From Desulfomonilia bacterium (GTDB taxonomy: Bacteria; Desulfobacterota; Desulfomonilia; UBA1062), in contig JBEKDT010000002.1 in the NCBI GenBank assembly GCA_050014195.1, positions 160,001-224,000 on the forward strand: a DNA stretch of 64,000 nucleotides, written 5' to 3'. The notes under the pieces were generated by a model. It made no database searches. It was not told where the DNA came from and was given only the letters and a program-made list of their open reading frames with translations. Position numbers and translations under genes: made by a program. This document shows positions 61,394-64,000 of this stretch, in pieces (within the stretch, counting starts at the first letter, position 1; the number at the start of each line of letters is the position of its first letter).

Positions 61394-62194
61394 ATGATGT
61401 TCTTCATGAGGAGGCTCAAAAACAGGGTCATTGCGAAGGTGATTACCGGTCTCCCGGCTTTGGCTAAAGGATTCATCGAAGCATATAAGCCATGGGAATC
61501 TGAGGACATCCCGTGGACTCTTGTGGAGAAGCCTTTGGTACAGAGTACTGTTGCCATCGTCACTACTGCGGGTGTGCATCGTAAAGACCAAAAACCCTTC
61601 AACATGCATGATAAAAACGGTGACCCTTCTTTTCGGGAGATCGACGGCAATACCCCGCTGCGAGATCTCATGATCACCCATGACTATTATGACCACACCG
61701 ATGCCGAAAAAGACTTGAACATCGTCTTCCCCATAGAACGTCTGCAGGAATTCGCTTCAGAGGGTATTATTGGAAAAGTAGCGGATGCGCATTACACATT
61801 CATGGGTCACATCATGGGGCCGCACATCTACACGCTCATGGAGATGAGTACCCCGGAGGTGGCTGCCAGATTAAAGAAGAAGGAAGTGGACTATGTTTTG
61901 TTGACACCGGGTTGAGCTATCTGCAATCAGTCCGTGGGATTGATTCAGCGGGGTATCGAGGCTGCCGGTATACCCACCATCGGGATCTCCATTGTCAGGC
62001 AGTATACGCAAAAGGTTAAACCGCCCAGGACGATCTTCCTCAAGTGGCCCTTCGGGCACCCGCTGGGTGAGCCGAATCACATTGATCAACAACGTGCCGT
62101 TCTGCGTAAGGCATTTGAAGCCCTGATGGAAATTAAAACACCCGGAACAATTATTGATGTACCTTGGCGATGGAAAAGGGAAAGCTATGGGTAG
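61394..62194 (+). CDS. Selenoprotein of the glycine/sarcosine/betaine/proline reductase selenoprotein B (GrdB/PrdB-like) family; UGA at 61913-61915 read as Sec
   Basis: Track ORFs 61388-61915 and 61934-62194 are in the same frame, joined by TGA-GCT-ATC-TGC, giving LTPG-U-AIC-NQSVGLIQR..EAAGIPT; also TTAGVH, GDPSFR, D.N..FP..RL and P.GHPLG motifs. Confidence 0.88.
61916..61948 (+). promoter_or_regulatory. Bacterial SECIS element
   Basis: Stem AATCAGTCC/GGATTGATT with loop GTG, extended by CTG/CAG; the loop starts 18 nt after the UGA and begins with G. Confidence 0.75.
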
Positions 62195-62307
62195 CCGAAA
62201 TGAAACTCCGCGCAGCAAGCTTAAGCGGTTTATAAGGAGTATTTTCCTTTTTCTCCTCTCCTGAATCCACAATTCGTCAGGACAGACGAATTGGATGTAC
62301 TTTACGT

Positions 62308-62339
62308 TCACCCTTCAGGGTGAGGGACATGGATGTCCC
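62308..62339. other. Tandem hairpins between convergent genes
   Basis: TCACCCT-TC-AGGGTGA and GGGACAT-GG-ATGTCCC; followed by a remnant resembling the CTCCCACCAGG repeat. Confidence 0.45.
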
Positions 62340-62455
62340 GAATCACTCCCACCAGGAGAGGAAGATTTTGTACAAACCCCTGTATTGGTTTTTTCATCCG
62401 ATCATAGGATCCCGGGATAGAACACGTGCTCTCTTTCCTTCTGGATTGTAACGGC

Positions 62456-63169
62456 TCATTCCTTTTCAAGGGGAAAGGTCAAGGTTGCCCCATACCACCC
62501 TATGACCGCCACAATGGGGACCAGCGAAAGGATCAAAAAGAAATAGACAATACCCTCCGTGGCCAAGGAGGTGAAGACATCGGGAAACAAGACCCGCCAG
62601 AGAAAGACAATGATGGAGACTGCCATGAGGATGCCGGATAAGAATATCTTGATCCTGACCGGCCTCATGGATTTTGCCTGATAATTGAGCCACCAAGTGA
62701 AATAGCCGGTCAGGACAGCCGGAACGGAAAAAAGGATGCCGGCTCCCAGACAGTGGAATGCTGTTGTCTCAAAAGATTTCACATCGGTGAGGAGATAAAG
62801 AAGGCTGAAGAGTGCCGGCGAGATCATGAATACGATCGGGAAGTGCACCAGCATGGGGTGCGGGTGGCGGCGAAGAAAGGGAAACCGCTCCAACACTATT
62901 TCTAATGGATTGGGTAAAGACCTTAACGCCTTATCTTTCTTCCTGAAGGTCCCAACAAGGTAAAATTTATCCAGGACCTCCGGGCCATGGGGCGCGGCCT
63001 CGATATCTGTGGTAAGGTCGCAGCCGGCATGGTGGCGTTTCATGTGAAGCCCTGCCTTCCACAGCTTGCTCGCACTGACGTCGATCACCCTGCCCTTGTG
63101 GGCTATGTACACAGGCTGTCCATCTTTACCGTTGAATGCCGAGAGAGATTCCAGGTCGAATTCCTTCAT
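62456..63169 (-). CDS. Cytochrome b5-like heme domain fused to a DUF2231 membrane domain
   Basis: FNGKDG..YIA..G.V.DVS, HHAG.DLT, APHG; then HPMLVHFPI and about 4 TM segments. Confidence 0.87.
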   Translation of the reverse strand: MKEFDLESLSAFNGKDGQPVYIAHKGRVIDVSASKLWKAGLHMKRHHAGCDLTTDIEAAPHGPEVLDKFYLVGTFRKKDKALRSLPNPLEIVLERFPFLRRHPHPMLVHFPIVFMISPALFSLLYLLTDVKSFETTAFHCLGAGILFSVPAVLTGYFTWWLNYQAKSMRPVRIKIFLSGILMAVSIIVFLWRVLFPDVFTSLATEGIVYFFLILSLVPIVAVIGWYGATLTFPLEKE

Positions 63170-63228
63170 ATCGTCCTTTCATGATAGGGCAAACGGATAA
63201 TCCCAAGCCGACAGTTCCCTTTCGTTAT

Positions 63229-64000
63229 TCATAAGACCACCCAGCTCAGCAGTGTTACCATGAGCATGGACAATGGATAATAGCTTGCCCGGTTGAAAAG
63301 GCGCACGGCCTCTCCTGAATCTTCGGCCCGATAAAGACGGTAGCCGGGGAGAAGAAGCAAATAAAAAGCAGAAAACAATGCACCCAGGATATAGAGATAA
63401 TTTAAGTGCCTCGGCGAAAGCCAGAACATGGCCAGACTCATGGCCGCAGTGATCACAAGAGAAAAGAAGATAATATGAGTGGCTCGCTGGGCACCGAAGC
63501 GTACAGGGATAGTCCTGGCATGTATCTTTCTGTCAATATCCAGATCGGACAGATCGTTGGGCACATTCTGCCCCCCGATCTCCCAGAAAAAAAGCCAGAG
63601 GAATATCGTTACCACAATATGCGTCGAAGGATTCGGATTTACGGCAAACACAGCAGCAACGGGCCCTGATGTCTTAACTAATCCGCTGATGACACTCCGC
63701 ATATGGGTGATTTTCAGGAGATAGCAATAGATCACCTCCAGGAAAGCGGCCGAGAGAAAAATGACAGGGCAAACAGGGTTAAGGAGGAAGGCCCCTACCA
63801 GTGCCAGCACTGCCCAGGCAGAAGTCCAGAACAATGCTTCCTTGTAACTCAGCATCCCCTGAGCCAGGGGATGGCGTACGAAGACACTATCCAGGTCCGG
63901 TCTTGATTCGCTTGGTGTGCTTGAACACATAATCTCCTGGTCAACACGGTAATCGATGAGGTCATTGAGCGCATACACTGCCGTGTAACCCGAGAAGGCG
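63229..64000 (-). CDS. UbiA family prenyltransferase (5' end lies beyond the window)
   Basis: Frame open to the edge (AFSGYTAVYALNDLIDYRVD); Asp-rich motifs NDLID..D and NDLSD..D...TIP; RHPL. Confidence 0.88.
   Translation of the reverse strand, partial: AFSGYTAVYALNDLIDYRVDQEIMCSSTPSESRPDLDSVFVRHPLAQGMLSYKEALFWTSAWAVLALVGAFLLNPVCPVIFLSAAFLEVIYCYLLKITHMRSVISGLVKTSGPVAAVFAVNPNPSTHIVVTIFLWLFFWEIGGQNVPNDLSDLDIDRKIHARTIPVRFGAQRATHIIFFSLVITAAMSLAMFWLSPRHLNYLYILGALFSAFYLLLLPGYRLYRAEDSGEAVRLFNRASYYPLSMLMVTLLSWVVL

Noticed and set aside
61913-61915. Nonsense mutation / pseudogene interpretation of the GrdB-like gene
   Set aside because: The TGA falls exactly in the UxxC site and is followed by a SECIS-like hairpin.

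Overview
64 kb of ordinary chromosome, with gene content typical of an anaerobic Deltaproteobacterium (Desulfobacterota-like; this is an inference). No rRNA, tRNA, CRISPR array or intact mobile element was seen. Left part: PadR, two CoA-ligase alpha-type genes, ltaE, and a TetR-linked 10-gene atu/liu-like acyl-CoA catabolic operon. Middle: MATE, NifU, metW-metX, two large PAS hybrid kinases, hup, panBC, mscS, ldh, metB, orphan hypAB, dapL and a polar amino-acid ABC transporter. Right part: a sigma-54-type operon of three tiny membrane proteins, an SF2 helicase, arsS with its CMD partner, cydAB followed by inositol-phosphate synthase / TIM isomerase / UbiE / methyltransferase, an AT-rich TMTC-like gene, a hidden selenoprotein (GrdB/PrdB-like, in-frame UGA, UxxC motif, SECIS hairpin), cytochrome b5-DUF2231 and a UbiA prenyltransferase. 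The most notable signals are the stand-alone selenoprotein, the cydAB-linked ebo-like/quinone-like cluster, the sigma-54 microprotein operon, candidate PadR and TetR operators, and several REP-like repeat families. All family assignments come from motif recognition by eye; no searches were run.
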